Origin: a bacterium
Lineage (GTDB): Bacteria > Patescibacteriota > Minisyncoccia > Phycocordibacterales > Phycocordibacteraceae
Length of the DNA stretch: 64,000 nucleotides
NCBI GenBank assembly: GCA_021833245.1
Contig: JAKBGA010000001.1
Span: 7,466-71,465 of the forward strand
Reading direction: 5' to 3'
Shown: one piece after another, positions 20,663 through 30,809 of the stretch
How the letters are laid out: each line of letters opens with the position of its first letter
How positions within the stretch are numbered: the stretch's first letter is position 1
The notes under the pieces: model-generated
What the model was told of the DNA's origin: nothing
Seen by the model: only the letters and a program-made list of their open reading frames with translations
Database searches by the model: none
Position numbers and translations under genes: made by a program

Positions 20663-21397
20663 TTATTTAGATTTGACCCGGGCGGAAAGTGCAGCAAATG
20701 CAACCTCCGGATTTTCAATAATGAGATACTTGTGCGTCAAAATATCGACAGGATTCAGATTGCGAACCTCTTCAGTCATTATGTTCCCGAAATTATTAAA
20801 ACTTTTAGTGGTGTGCGCATTGTATGTGGCAAGCGCAAAAAGCACTGCGTTCTTCCTTTTTGTGGCAATATCCGCTATAGCGGTGCCCTTCGCGAGCTTT
20901 TCTAGCATACTCTTTGCGATCATCGTCCTTGGCGCATTAAACGTAAGGGCATCAATAAGGATTATTTCACCATCTTTAGCTTTCCGAGAAAGCACTGAGA
21001 CGAGCGCGCCAATACGCATCTTGCGGTTAACTTTCTCACTATAATCACGCTCGCTTCGCGGACCGAACGTTATCCCCCCATGACGCCAGATTGGTGAACG
21101 ACTAGAGCCGTGACGCGCCTGTCCAGTTCCCTTTTGTTTCCACGGCTTCTTACCCCCACCCGAGACTTCTGCACGATTTTTAGTATGCGCACGGTTCTGA
21201 CGTGCATTGGCCTGCATTGCCGTTGTTACCTGGTGTACAAGATCAGCTCGCCATGGTGCACCGAATATGCTCTCTGGAAGGGTAGCTATGCCAACCTTTT
21301 CACCATCCATGGAAAAAACTGGCATCTCACGCGGTGCTATCATAGCTTTTGTCGAAAATCTCGACTTCTTTTGAGGAGTTTTCTTTGCGAAAGTCAT
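20663..21397 (-). CDS. rplD: 50S ribosomal protein L4
   Basis: RAEVSGGGKKPWKQKGTGQARHGS; start trimmed. Confidence 0.96.
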   Translation of the reverse strand: MTFAKKTPQKKSRFSTKAMIAPREMPVFSMDGEKVGIATLPESIFGAPWRADLVHQVTTAMQANARQNRAHTKNRAEVSGGGKKPWKQKGTGQARHGSSRSPIWRHGGITFGPRSERDYSEKVNRKMRIGALVSVLSRKAKDGEIILIDALTFNAPRTMIAKSMLEKLAKGTAIADIATKRKNAVLFALATYNAHTTKSFNNFGNIMTEEVRNLNPVDILTHKYLIIENPEVAFAALSARVKSK

Positions 21398-21404
21398 AGT
21401 ACGT

Positions 21405-22019
21405 TTAAATAGAAACAACCTCGAGGAGCGTGCCACGACGACCGGGGACAGCACCCGAAACAATGATCTCGCCAGCCGCCACATCGACCGCGAGCACTTT
21501 AAGATTCGCCACGGTTACGCGATCGCCACCCATGCGACCAGCCATACGCATACCCTTTGCGACACGACCACCTGCACGACCACCCGACCCGCCGATGGAG
21601 CCTGGTGCACGCTCAGTATGCTTTTGACCATGCGTGCGCGGGCCACCGTGGAAACCGTGCCGTTTCACCACTCCTGCAAAACCTTTGCCCTTAGTGATGC
21701 CAGAAACTCGTACTATATCGCCCACTGTAAAGACCGACGCGTCAATCGTGTCGCCAATCTTCGCCACATCTTCGGTATGAAACTCGCGAATAGCCTCATA
21801 GCCTCTTCCTTTAGTATGCCCAAGAACAGCCTTGCTAATGTTTTTCGTTTTACGATTACCTTGACCGACTTGAGTTGCCGCATAACCATCTCTACCGTCT
21901 ACAGTCTTCACCTGCGTTACCGTTACTGGATCGGCGATGAGAATGGTTCCTGCGCGAGCACGACCATCCTCCCCGAACACACGGGTCATGCTTTCCTTCT
22001 TGGCAAGAATAAATTTCAT
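21405..22019 (-). CDS. rplC: 50S ribosomal protein L3
   Basis: KGKGFAGVVKRHGF, RAPGSIG, GAVPG. Confidence 0.97.
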   Translation of the reverse strand: MKFILAKKESMTRVFGEDGRARAGTILIADPVTVTQVKTVDGRDGYAATQVGQGNRKTKNISKAVLGHTKGRGYEAIREFHTEDVAKIGDTIDASVFTVGDIVRVSGITKGKGFAGVVKRHGFHGGPRTHGQKHTERAPGSIGGSGGRAGGRVAKGMRMAGRMGGDRVTVANLKVLAVDVAAGEIIVSGAVPGRRGTLLEVVSI

Positions 22020-22105
22020 TTTTAAAGCAAAACGCGCAACAGCAAGTCGCTTTGCGCGAGGTTGCTATAGGACCAGTCGTGGGCACCGTTCGTAGCGTTA
22101 ACAGC

Positions 22106-22134
22106 ACTCTACACAAAATCATAAAAATATGCAA
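22106..22134 (-). promoter_or_regulatory. sigma70-type promoter upstream of rplC
   Basis: TTGCAT-17 bp-TAGAGT. Confidence 0.7.
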
Positions 22135-22166
22135 GAAAAAACCACATGTCCAAAAAAGACATGCGG

Positions 22167-22739
22167 TTAAAGGCCATTACGCCCTAAAACTGTTTTGACG
22201 GTTCGGGAAAGAATATATAGATCAAGTAGGAAACAATGGTGGTTAATATAGAAGGATTCTAGACGGAAAACACATCGAATACCGCGTTTGAGCGACCACA
22301 TTCTCCCATGGATCTGCTCAAGCCCGGTCAACCCGGGCCGAACGTTGTTAAGTCGAAGCGCGTATTCAGGAATCTCCTGGATACACTTTTCAACAAATTC
22401 AACCCGATGAGGACGTGGGCCAACTAGACTCATCTGCCCCAACAACACATTGATAAGCTGTGGTAGTTCGTCAATGTGCGTTTCACGCAAAAACTTTCCC
22501 GGCACCGTAATTCGGTTATCACCCAACAAAACCATGTCGAACGGATACCCACTTCCATCCTTCATGGTTCGAAACTTAAAGATGACAAATGACTTACCAC
22601 GATAACCAACACGAGTCTGCCGAAAGATAATCGGCCCAGGTGAAGTTACCCTAATCCAAATCGCAATAAAAAGAACCAGCGGGGCTGAAAAGATCAAGAT
22701 TATGAATGTGCATATGAGATCAAATATTCTTTTGCTCAT
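22167..22739 (-). CDS. Small monotopic phosphoglycosyl transferase (bacterial sugar transferase) between rpsJ and rplC
   Basis: KRIFD, GPIIFRQTRVG, KFRTM, IDELPQL, MSLVGPRP, PGLTG; SD AAGGAGG before MSKR. Confidence 0.9.
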   Translation of the reverse strand: MSKRIFDLICTFIILIFSAPLVLFIAIWIRVTSPGPIIFRQTRVGYRGKSFVIFKFRTMKDGSGYPFDMVLLGDNRITVPGKFLRETHIDELPQLINVLLGQMSLVGPRPHRVEFVEKCIQEIPEYALRLNNVRPGLTGLEQIHGRMWSLKRGIRCVFRLESFYINHHCFLLDLYILSRTVKTVLGRNGL

Positions 22740-22803
22740 CACTTCCTCCTTAAAAGCGGTAAAAGTGATAGTCGCTGTATACCACAAAAATATGTATATC
22801 GTC

Positions 22804-22846
22804 AAGTACAAGAAACCGCCCCTACAAGGGGCGGTTTCTTGTACTT
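22804..22846. terminator. 20-bp perfect inverted repeat after rpsJ
   Basis: aagtacaagaaaccgcccct-aca-aggggcggtttcttgtactt. Confidence 0.75.
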
Positions 22847-22862
22847 CTTTTACAGCATCATT

Positions 22863-23273
22863 CTAAACCATCTTGACGTCTATCGTAACCCCAGAAGGAA
22901 GATTAAGGTTCGTGAGGGCCTCGATCACCTTGGGCGATGGGTTCAGGATATCGACGAGTCGCTTATGAACGCGCATTTCAAACTGTTCGCGTGCATCCTT
23001 ATGCACGAACGTTGAACGATTCACTGTCCAACGTTTGGTCTCAGTTGGAAGCGGTACGGGGCCGACAACAGTTGCGTCAAAGCGGGCCGCGGTATCCATA
23101 ATCTGTTTCACCGAAAGATCAAGAATCTTATGTTCATAGGCACGAACACGAATTCGAAGTTTGTGTTCTACTGAGGGTGCTGTAGCAACTTTTTTTGAAC
23201 CGACTTTTGTCCGCGATATCTTTGATATTGTGACTTTCCCTACTTTTGATTTTGTTGCTACTGTTGTTGCCAT
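22863..23273 (-). CDS. rpsJ: 30S ribosomal protein S10 (Lys-rich N-terminal extension)
   Basis: LRIRVRAY, GPVPLPT, REQFEMRVHKRLVDI. Confidence 0.96.
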   Translation of the reverse strand: MATTVATKSKVGKVTISKISRTKVGSKKVATAPSVEHKLRIRVRAYEHKILDLSVKQIMDTAARFDATVVGPVPLPTETKRWTVNRSTFVHKDAREQFEMRVHKRLVDILNPSPKVIEALTNLNLPSGVTIDVKMV

Positions 23274-23302
23274 ACGAGTACTTCCTGATCCGAGTATCGG
23301 CA

Positions 23303-24502
23303 TTACGCTGTAATCTTGGTCACGACACCAGCACCAACGGTCTTACCTCCTTCCCGGATAGCAAAACGTTGCTGCTCCTCAAGAGCAACTGGTGCCACGA
23401 GTTTCACCTTGAATGTGACTGTATCGCCAGGCATAACCATTTCCTTACCTTCTGCGAGAGTTACTTCACCGGTCACATCCGTCGTACGAATATAGAACTG
23501 TGGTTTGTATCCAGAGAAGAATGGCGTGTGTCGTCCACCTTCGTCCTTACCGAGAATGTAGACCTCTGCTTCAAAGTCAGTATGCGGCGTAACTGAGCCA
23601 CTCTTGGCGAGAACCTGACCGCGATGTACGTCCTCTTTCTTGGTTCCACGTAGAAGAAGACCGGCATTGTCACCCGCTTGACCTTCCTGAAGCTGCTTAT
23701 TGAACATTTCGATGCCTGTGACAGTCGTCTTCGACGTCGCCTTGATGCCGACAATTTCGACTTCCTCACCAACTTTTACAGCACCACGCTCAATACGCCC
23801 AGTGACTACCGTGCCTCGACCTTCAATCGAGAAGATGTCCTCGATGGGCATGAGGAATGGTTTGGTGAGCTCACGCTGCGGCATGTCGAAATAAGTGTCC
23901 ATTGTGTCGACAAGCTCTTTCACCTTCATGGCGTACTCGTCATTGGCGTCCTTCGCCTCAAGAGCGCGGAGACCGGAGCCACGGATAATTGGCGTGTTCG
24001 CACCGTCATAACCCTGCTTCGTAAGCAACGCATGAATCTCCTCTTCGACAAGATCAACGAGATCTTTGTCGGCCACCATATCCACCTTGTTAAGGAAAAC
24101 GATTAACTTCTTGAGGCCAACTTGCTTCGCGAGTAAGATATGCTCGCGCGTCTGCGGCATTACACCATCAGTTGCGGCAACTACGAGGATTGCGCCGTCC
24201 ATTTGGGCAGCACCCGTGATCATATTTTTTATGTAGTCGGCGTGTCCTGGGGCGTCAATGTGCGCGTAGTGACGATTCGGTGTTTCATATTCAGAGTGGT
24301 GGAGGGCAATAGTAATACCGCGTGCTTTTTCTTCTGGGGCGCTGTCAATTTTATCGACGCCTTCAACACGAGCGCTATAGCCCTGTCCTGAAAGCATCGA
24401 AAGAACGTGTAGAATACCCGCCGTGAGTGTCGTTTTTCCATGGTCCACATGACCGATGGTGCCAACGTTCATGTGCGGCTTGTTGCGATTAAATTCTGCC
24501 AT
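23303..24502 (-). CDS. tuf: Elongation factor Tu
   Basis: [21 protein letters not shown]. Confidence 0.99.
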   Translation of the reverse strand: MAEFNRNKPHMNVGTIGHVDHGKTTLTAGILHVLSMLSGQGYSARVEGVDKIDSAPEEKARGITIALHHSEYETPNRHYAHIDAPGHADYIKNMITGAAQMDGAILVVAATDGVMPQTREHILLAKQVGLKKLIVFLNKVDMVADKDLVDLVEEEIHALLTKQGYDGANTPIIRGSGLRALEAKDANDEYAMKVKELVDTMDTYFDMPQRELTKPFLMPIEDIFSIEGRGTVVTGRIERGAVKVGEEVEIVGIKATSKTTVTGIEMFNKQLQEGQAGDNAGLLLRGTKKEDVHRGQVLAKSGSVTPHTDFEAEVYILGKDEGGRHTPFFSGYKPQFYIRTTDVTGEVTLAEGKEMVMPGDTVTFKVKLVAPVALEEQQRFAIREGGKTVGAGVVTKITA

Positions 24503-24650
24503 ATTAAATCGGATGATCTTAAGTTAATAAATCACGAATTAATCCGACGTCTGTCTTGCCGACAAGACAAGTGAGTCGGAACAAACTCTCGAGCTTGCCG
24601 ACCCACAAAAGCAGACAAGCCAAAGAGCGACGCCAAGATGCGTTATAGGC

Positions 24651-24679
24651 ACTATACGCAAACGCGTTTATAAATGCAA
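24651..24679 (-). promoter_or_regulatory. sigma70-type promoter for tuf-rpsJ
   Basis: TTGCAT-17 bp-TATAGT. Confidence 0.72.
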
Positions 24680-24764
24680 CTCACCCACGTGGATACACTG
24701 TGAAAATTATTTCCTGCTCGCGCTGATATCTTGAACGATGTCTATAGTGAATCAACTCTTCCAC

Positions 24765-26126
24765 TTACTGACTGAGTGTCCCGATCCAAACACCACCTTG
24801 AGACGTAAGTGCCACGAGGCGCATACCATCGGAGGAAGAGATAATGCTACTCCAGGAGTGCAAGCCTGCGCTCGTTTGAGCGTTCCATGTACTGCCAGAG
24901 TCGGAAGACGTATAGATATAGCCTCCAGTACCAGCGCCGGCGTCATAGATTGCCGCGAGATGCGTACCGTCGGCGGAAGAGACAATACCACCCCAGTAAC
25001 GCTGACCGGCACCAGTTTGAGCGGTCCATGTAGAACCAGAGTCCGATGATGTATAAATGTCACCGCCGCTCCCAGTTCCGCCGTCAGACGCTGCGAGATG
25101 CGTACCGTCGGCAGAAGAAACGAGACCAGACAAGGCACCCGTTGCGTCCCCCATACTATGCATGATCCATGTGGTGCCAGAATCCGAGGATGTGAAAACA
25201 CAGCTACCCACTTCGGTACACGTAGTGTCAATGACTGCGAGATGCGTACCGTCGGCGGAAGAAACAATATGACCGAGCGCGATTTGATAAGACGTACCAT
25301 CTTGAGGTAGCGTGTGAGTAGCCCAAGTAACGCCGAAATCGGCAGAAGTATAAACAACATCAAGCCCTGCAACCGCGAGATGCATACCGTCGGCGGAGGA
25401 CGCGATTCCCGATGCGTTTGTAATTTGACCGGCAGTACCAGTAATGGCGCGCTTAACCCAGGTGACACCGGAATCAGCGGAAACATATACTTCTTTGCCG
25501 TCGGTACCAGCGGCTGCGAGATGTGTACCGTCAGCGGAAGAAGTTATATACCACAATGATGATCCCCCGGGGACGGGCCGATAAACCCATGTGGTGCCAG
25601 AATCATTGGAAGTATATACACCTCCATTTGGGAGGGTATCAACTGCTGCGAGATGCGTACCGTCGGCGGAAGAAGTGATGGTGGAAAAATATAAGGTTGA
25701 TGAACTTTTTGCTTTATATGAACCTTCTGCATTGTGTTCAGCCCAGGTCCAAGAACCCCCCGTGTTATTAATCGGCTCTGTCTGGGGCGCGGAAACATTA
25801 GAGTTATTAGAGTTAGAGTATGTAAAATACGCGAAAACCGCTCCTCCGCCAATAATGGCAATGGCGACCAAGACGATGAGTTTTGTAGAAATTGCTGCCC
25901 CTCTTTTATTTGATACATGATTTAGACTTGTTGCAGATTGCTGTTGGATCGGTGTTGAGAGGTGTGAAGAAATAGATGGTGTCGGAATACTCATTGCGGC
26001 AAATGCTGCACTGATGTCTGAAACCTGCCATCCGTTCGTCGTGAGTTCTTTTGTGATATCTTCCCTTGAAATGCCAGAGGCCATTTGTTGGCGGATGTAA
26101 TTCAGGAGTTGTTCGTTGGGCATCAT
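24765..26126 (-). CDS. Membrane-anchored beta-propeller (Asp-box-like repeats) between fusA and tuf
   Basis: Single TM; about 7 repeats of SSADGTHLAA..YTSxDSGxTW. Confidence 0.8.
   Translation of the reverse strand: MMPNEQLLNYIRQQMASGISREDITKELTTNGWQVSDISAAFAAMSIPTPSISSHLSTPIQQQSATSLNHVSNKRGAAISTKLIVLVAIAIIGGGAVFAYFTYSNSNNSNVSAPQTEPINNTGGSWTWAEHNAEGSYKAKSSSTLYFSTITSSADGTHLAAVDTLPNGGVYTSNDSGTTWVYRPVPGGSSLWYITSSADGTHLAAAGTDGKEVYVSADSGVTWVKRAITGTAGQITNASGIASSADGMHLAVAGLDVVYTSADFGVTWATHTLPQDGTSYQIALGHIVSSADGTHLAVIDTTCTEVGSCVFTSSDSGTTWIMHSMGDATGALSGLVSSADGTHLAASDGGTGSGGDIYTSSDSGSTWTAQTGAGQRYWGGIVSSADGTHLAAIYDAGAGTGGYIYTSSDSGSTWNAQTSAGLHSWSSIISSSDGMRLVALTSQGGVWIGTLSQ
24810..25675. repeat. Coding tandem repeats (propeller blades)
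   Basis: gcgagatgcgtaccgtcggcggaaga-like core at 24955, 25093, 25237, 25375, 25516, 25648; spacings 132-144, all multiples of 3. Confidence 0.85.
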
Positions 26127-26245
26127 AAGAACAGGTTATGTATATGCTGCAAGCGTAGCACAATCGCCGCCGTTTCGAACAGCAGTTGTTTACAAGCCCT
26201 CTCGTGGTGATTCATTTACAGTTCGCGATGACCAAACACGTGTCC

Positions 26246-28393
26246 TTATTTTCGCGAGGCGATTATGTCTTGGGCGACATTGTTCGGGACAGTATCGTAG
26301 TGATCAAACTCCATTGTCATACTTCCGCGTCCTTCGGTCATTGAGCGGAGCGTCGTGGTGTAGCCGAACATCTCGGAGAGCGGCACCTTCGCTTTAATTG
26401 TCTTGTTCATGCCGCGATCCTCCATACCCTCGATCTGACCGCGCTTACCCGAGAGGTTGCCCGTAATGTCGCCCATGAATTGCTCAGGCACAGTAACTTC
26501 CACGCGCATAATTGGCTCGAGAATGACCGCCTTTGCCTTCGATGCAGCTTCCTGGAAAGCCATTGATGCCGCGATCTTGAAGGCGATTTCGGATGAGTCG
26601 ACATCGTGATAGGAACCATCGTAGAGATCTACGGACACATCAACCATCGGGAATCCAGCAAGGAAGCCACGGGCCATCGCCTCACGAACACCCTTTTCCA
26701 CCGCCGGAATGTATTCCTGCGGAACAACACCGCCCTTTATATTGTTGATAAACTCGAAATGATCTTCGCGTGTAATATTCTTAGACACCTTTGCACCCTC
26801 TACGAGAGGTTCTAATTTCTTCATGCGGATCTTCACATGACCATACTGACCACGACCACCAGTTTGTTTAATATATTTACCCTCGGCCTCTGAAGAACCG
26901 AGAATGGTTTCACGATACGCTACTTGCGGTTTCCCTACATCCGCAACAACATTGAACTCGCGCTTCATGCGATCTACGAGAATCTCCAGATGAAGCTCGC
27001 CCATGCCAGAGATGATAGTCTCGGCAGTCTCATCATCAGTTTTGATTCGAAAGGTCGGATCTTCATCTGCAAGCTTACGAAGCGCAATGCCCATCTTCTC
27101 TTGATCTGCTTTTGTCTTAGGCTCAATACGCAAACTTACCACTGGTTCTGGAAATTTTATCTGTTCAAGCACAATGGGATTCGCCTCGTCGCAGAGCGTG
27201 TGTGAAGTTTTCGTGTCCTTCAGACCAACGGCGGCGGCAATCTCACCAGTGAATACTTTCGCGACCTCTTCACGTTTATCCGCTTGGAGACGCACAATAC
27301 GTCCGACACGCTCCTTGGAACCTGTTGTTGAATTATATACGTACGAACCAGCAGCGAGAGTTCCAGAATAAACACGAAAGAATGTTAATGCTCCAACGAA
27401 AGGATCAGTTTGAAGTTTGAAAACAAGCGCGCAAAACGGCTCATCATCTGATGCGTGACGTTCAATTGATTCGCCCGTCTTCGGATTTGTGCCAGTTGCA
27501 GGCGGAACATCGAGCGGACTTGGTAAATAATCGACAACGGCATCAAGTACGAGCTGAACACCCTTATTCTTGAGTGCGCTCCCGCAGTAAACTGGAAACA
27601 CCTCATTCGCGATAACCGCTTTACGTAGAATTGCCTTTAACTCAGAAAGTGAGGGTTCCTTGCCTTCGAGGTATGCGTTCATTACCGTATCATCTTGTTC
27701 AACAATGCGTTCTATGAGTTCAGCACGGTACTTCTTCGCATCTTCAAGAAGATTCTCTGGAATTTCTCCTTCAACTACCTCCTCGCCCATATTCCCCACG
27801 TAGGTGTACGCTTTCATTGTGAGAAGGTCGACCGCGCCCTCGTGTGCTGCCTCTTCACCAATGGGGATTTGCATGCGAATAGCCTTGGGTGAAAGTCGAT
27901 CAAGAATACTCTTGTATGAATTTTCAAATGATGCTCCAAGCCGGTCAAGCTTATTGACGAAACAGACGCGCGGCACTGACGCCTCGTCGGCGTAGCGCCA
28001 GTTGGTCTCGGACTGCGGCTCCACGCCCGCGACGCCATCGAACACGACAACAGCGCCGTCAAGCACACGCATCGAACGCTTTACCTCAGCAGTGAAGTCG
28101 ATGTGTCCCGGTGTGTCGATGATATTGAAACGGAATTTCTTGGATGCGTCCTTTTTGTCCTTCTCGCCAGTCTTGCTCCAGAAGCAAGTGATGGCGGCGG
28201 CAGTGATGGTGATACCGCGCTCACGCTCCTGCTCCATCCAATCGGTCGTAGTTTCGCCTTCGTGTACTTCACCGATCTTGTGCTGACTGCCCGTATAAAA
28301 AAGTACGCGCTCACTTGTGGTCGTCTTTCCTGCGTCGATGTGGGCAATGATGCCGAAGTTGCGCACTTTCTCAAGCGGATAATCACGGTTCAT
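26246..28393 (-). CDS. fusA: Elongation factor G
   Basis: [32 protein letters not shown]. Confidence 0.99.
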   Translation of the reverse strand: MNRDYPLEKVRNFGIIAHIDAGKTTTSERVLFYTGSQHKIGEVHEGETTTDWMEQERERGITITAAAITCFWSKTGEKDKKDASKKFRFNIIDTPGHIDFTAEVKRSMRVLDGAVVVFDGVAGVEPQSETNWRYADEASVPRVCFVNKLDRLGASFENSYKSILDRLSPKAIRMQIPIGEEAAHEGAVDLLTMKAYTYVGNMGEEVVEGEIPENLLEDAKKYRAELIERIVEQDDTVMNAYLEGKEPSLSELKAILRKAVIANEVFPVYCGSALKNKGVQLVLDAVVDYLPSPLDVPPATGTNPKTGESIERHASDDEPFCALVFKLQTDPFVGALTFFRVYSGTLAAGSYVYNSTTGSKERVGRIVRLQADKREEVAKVFTGEIAAAVGLKDTKTSHTLCDEANPIVLEQIKFPEPVVSLRIEPKTKADQEKMGIALRKLADEDPTFRIKTDDETAETIISGMGELHLEILVDRMKREFNVVADVGKPQVAYRETILGSSEAEGKYIKQTGGRGQYGHVKIRMKKLEPLVEGAKVSKNITREDHFEFINNIKGGVVPQEYIPAVEKGVREAMARGFLAGFPMVDVSVDLYDGSYHDVDSSEIAFKIAASMAFQEAASKAKAVILEPIMRVEVTVPEQFMGDITGNLSGKRGQIEGMEDRGMNKTIKAKVPLSEMFGYTTTLRSMTEGRGSMTMEFDHYDTVPNNVAQDIIASRK

Positions 28394-28483
28394 AAATAAT
28401 AATGGATAAAAAAATAAAAAGCGCCGAGGCGTTCTCCAGAGAATAGCCTAGATAAAATAAATTGCAAAGTATGCAAAAATAAA

Positions 28484-28508
28484 AAGCCCACTCTTGCAGA
28501 GTGGGCTT
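28484..28508 (-). terminator. Intrinsic terminator after inserted orphan gene
   Basis: aagcccactct-tgc-agagtgggctt with T-run on the minus strand. Confidence 0.7.
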
Positions 28509-28530
28509 AAAAATTATTGTGATTTGAAAA

Positions 28531-28941
28531 TCACAATAACTGATGCGCTTCCATGATAAAGATTTGCTGTGCCTGTGGAAGATCACAGAACAAATCTCTC
28601 AGTTCTGCCCTTGTCTTTGGCATAAGGATACTCGAGACAACGCGAATATTTACGCCATCGTAAGTCCCGTTCATTTGTAAGTGGATACGAAGAAGTACCT
28701 CTCCTGCTGGTGTACAGAATTCCACGCACTTCCGCTGATAGCGGTAGCGCACTCGGATACAAATCGCATCTCGAGTCATCTGGTCTGCAATTTCATCCAG
28801 CCGCGCCAGCAGACGGGAGATACGTAAATTTCTTCTCCATGGATTGAATTCCGCAATGCACGACAACCACGTTGGCATGTAGTATGAATTGCCGGTAACG
28901 TTCTCGCTCCTCTTTGGAACAAGCTTAACCGTTGATGACAT
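28531..28941 (-). CDS. Orphan hypothetical protein between rpsG and fusA
   Basis: 136-aa ORF with SD-like AGGGAG, promoter TTGACT-17-TACAAA (29002-29030) and terminator. Confidence 0.6.
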   Translation of the reverse strand: MSSTVKLVPKRSENVTGNSYYMPTWLSCIAEFNPWRRNLRISRLLARLDEIADQMTRDAICIRVRYRYQRKCVEFCTPAGEVLLRIHLQMNGTYDGVNIRVVSSILMPKTRAELRDLFCDLPQAQQIFIMEAHQLL

Positions 28942-29062
28942 GATACGTCTCCCTATGTAATGAACAATGATAAACGGAAAATTTAACCCTGATCCGGATT
29001 TTTTGTAGCACTATTTAAATAAATAGTCAAGATTCGCACCTCCTCTACATCTTGCTTAACGG

Positions 29063-29527
29063 TTACCAGGCAAAATGTGCAAAAGCTTTATTAGCTTCAG
29101 CCATACGATGCATTTCGTCCTTTTTCTTTATCGCATCACCTTCATTCTTTGCGGCAAGGATAAGTTCATCGGCAAGCTTATCTGCCATTGGTTTACCTTT
29201 TTTTGCACGTGCAGCGTTGATAATCCAACGAAATGAGAGCGTAAGACGACGGTTCTGAGAAACTTCACGCGGCACCTGGTAATTGGCACCTCCAACACGA
29301 CGAGAACGAACCTCCATGAGCGGTGAAACGTTACGCAACGCTGTCTCGAATGTCTCGAGAGGATTGGTACCGTCTTTTTCAATGGTAGAAAACGCGCGAT
29401 AAACAACTGCACGCGCGGTGTCCTTCTTGCCATCCCACATGACAGCATTGATGAAACGATTGAGTGTTTCTGATCCATACTTAAGATCTGGGCGCCAAAC
29501 TCGCTTCTTTTTAAGAGGTCGACGCAT
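29063..29527 (-). CDS. rpsG: 30S ribosomal protein S7
   Basis: EVRSRRVGGANYQVP, HRMAEANKAFAHF. Confidence 0.98.
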   Translation of the reverse strand: MRRPLKKKRVWRPDLKYGSETLNRFINAVMWDGKKDTARAVVYRAFSTIEKDGTNPLETFETALRNVSPLMEVRSRRVGGANYQVPREVSQNRRLTLSFRWIINAARAKKGKPMADKLADELILAAKNEGDAIKKKDEMHRMAEANKAFAHFAW

Positions 29528-29529
29528 AT

Positions 29530-29943
29530 TTATTTTGCAGAAGGACGCTTCGCGCCGTAACGCGAGCGTGAGCGACGGCGTTTATCAAGACCAGCGGTGT
29601 CAAGCTTTCCACGCACAATAGTATATTGCACGCCGATATCCTTCACACGTCCGCCACGAAGTAGCACGACTGAGTGCTCCTGAAGATTATGCGTCTCGCC
29701 TGGGATATAAGCGGTAACCTCCATACCATTTGTAAGACGAACGCGTGCGATCTTTCTGATAGCTGAGTTTGGTTTCCTCGGAGTCTTTGTCGTCACTTTA
29801 GTACAAACACCGCGTTTAAAAGGTGATGGATAGAAAGTTGGACGATTCGAGAGTACGTTAAAGCCGCGCGCAAGGGCGGGTACCTTCGTCTTGGACGATT
29901 TGTTCTTGCGGCCTCTCTTCGAGAGCTGATTGATAGTTGCCAT
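29530..29943 (-). CDS. rpsL: 30S ribosomal protein S12
   Basis: [24 protein letters not shown]. Confidence 0.98.
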   Translation of the reverse strand: MATINQLSKRGRKNKSSKTKVPALARGFNVLSNRPTFYPSPFKRGVCTKVTTKTPRKPNSAIRKIARVRLTNGMEVTAYIPGETHNLQEHSVVLLRGGRVKDIGVQYTIVRGKLDTAGLDKRRRSRSRYGAKRPSAK

Positions 29944-29976
29944 GTAGAAAAGAAGACCCGAGGAGGGTCATCAAGT

Positions 29977-30005
29977 AATATAAAGGAATGCTGCGCGGAA
30001 TGCAA
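29977..30005 (-). promoter_or_regulatory. str operon promoter
   Basis: TTGCAT-17 bp-TATATT. Confidence 0.72.
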
Positions 30006-30016
30006 CTACAGTACTC

Positions 30017-30790
30017 TTATGTTTCGTCAATCGGTTCGCGATAAGGATCGGATGAGTATGGTCTGACTGTTGGTGGAGCAGGCCGTGTGGACGAAGCGGG
30101 AGGTGTTATACCCGATGAACTTGGGGACATTGGCGAAGACGGCACAGATCGCGATAGAAGTGGCGCCGATGCTTTATTAAATTCAATGTGTGGCTCCTCG
30201 TGATCCTCAAGCAGTTTTTCGCCGGTTGAGAGCTTTGGAGCTGTGTTCGTGGCGGCGTGCACCGCGATCTTCGTGTCGACGAGGGAGGGGGGGGTGATGC
30301 GCCGTGGTACCGGTGGGTGCACAGGACTGGAAGAGGCGACATTGCCCTCTGGATACGAATAGCTTGGCGATTGCAATGGTGGCGCATACGTCGGTGCTGG
30401 CGTGGCCGTCTGTTGGCGGGGTGGAATGGGCTTCTGTGATTTTTCTTGCGCACTTATTGTGACTGCCTCACTCTTCATCTCTTCCTGGAGAGGAACAAAT
30501 ATTTGGTCGTTCACGTCTTGTGCAATACCATCAACGGTTTGTTGATCGAGCTGTGCGTCTTCAGTGAGCGTCTTGATGAATTCCGTAGGATTTTTAAGAC
30601 CGAGAAGAAGCAAAATTATTTCACGTTCCATAATGGTGCCTTGATCAATATGAAGCCGATATTTTTGCATGAGACCCCTTGCAATAACCTCCACCTTCCC
30701 ACTTATGAAAAAAGAACGGATTGGCATCGGCAATTGCGAAACTACTGTTGAAAGATCTTGATCAAATGTTGGTTCCTGTGATGTGTTCAT
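30017..30790 (-). CDS. Hypothetical protein (helical N-domain, Pro-rich linker, C-terminal DPYREP)
   Basis: Long ORF; I recall this architecture from Parcubacteria proteins. Confidence 0.7.
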   Translation of the reverse strand: MNTSQEPTFDQDLSTVVSQLPMPIRSFFISGKVEVIARGLMQKYRLHIDQGTIMEREIILLLLGLKNPTEFIKTLTEDAQLDQQTVDGIAQDVNDQIFVPLQEEMKSEAVTISAQEKSQKPIPPRQQTATPAPTYAPPLQSPSYSYPEGNVASSSPVHPPVPRRITPPSLVDTKIAVHAATNTAPKLSTGEKLLEDHEEPHIEFNKASAPLLSRSVPSSPMSPSSSGITPPASSTRPAPPTVRPYSSDPYREPIDET

Positions 30791-30809
30791 AATAAGTAAT
30801 ATTGATTAT

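Noticed and set aside
24810-25675. Regularly spaced direct repeats resembling a CRISPR array
   Set aside because: Spacing is 132-144 bp and in frame, inside an intact ORF encoding propeller blades; no cas genes
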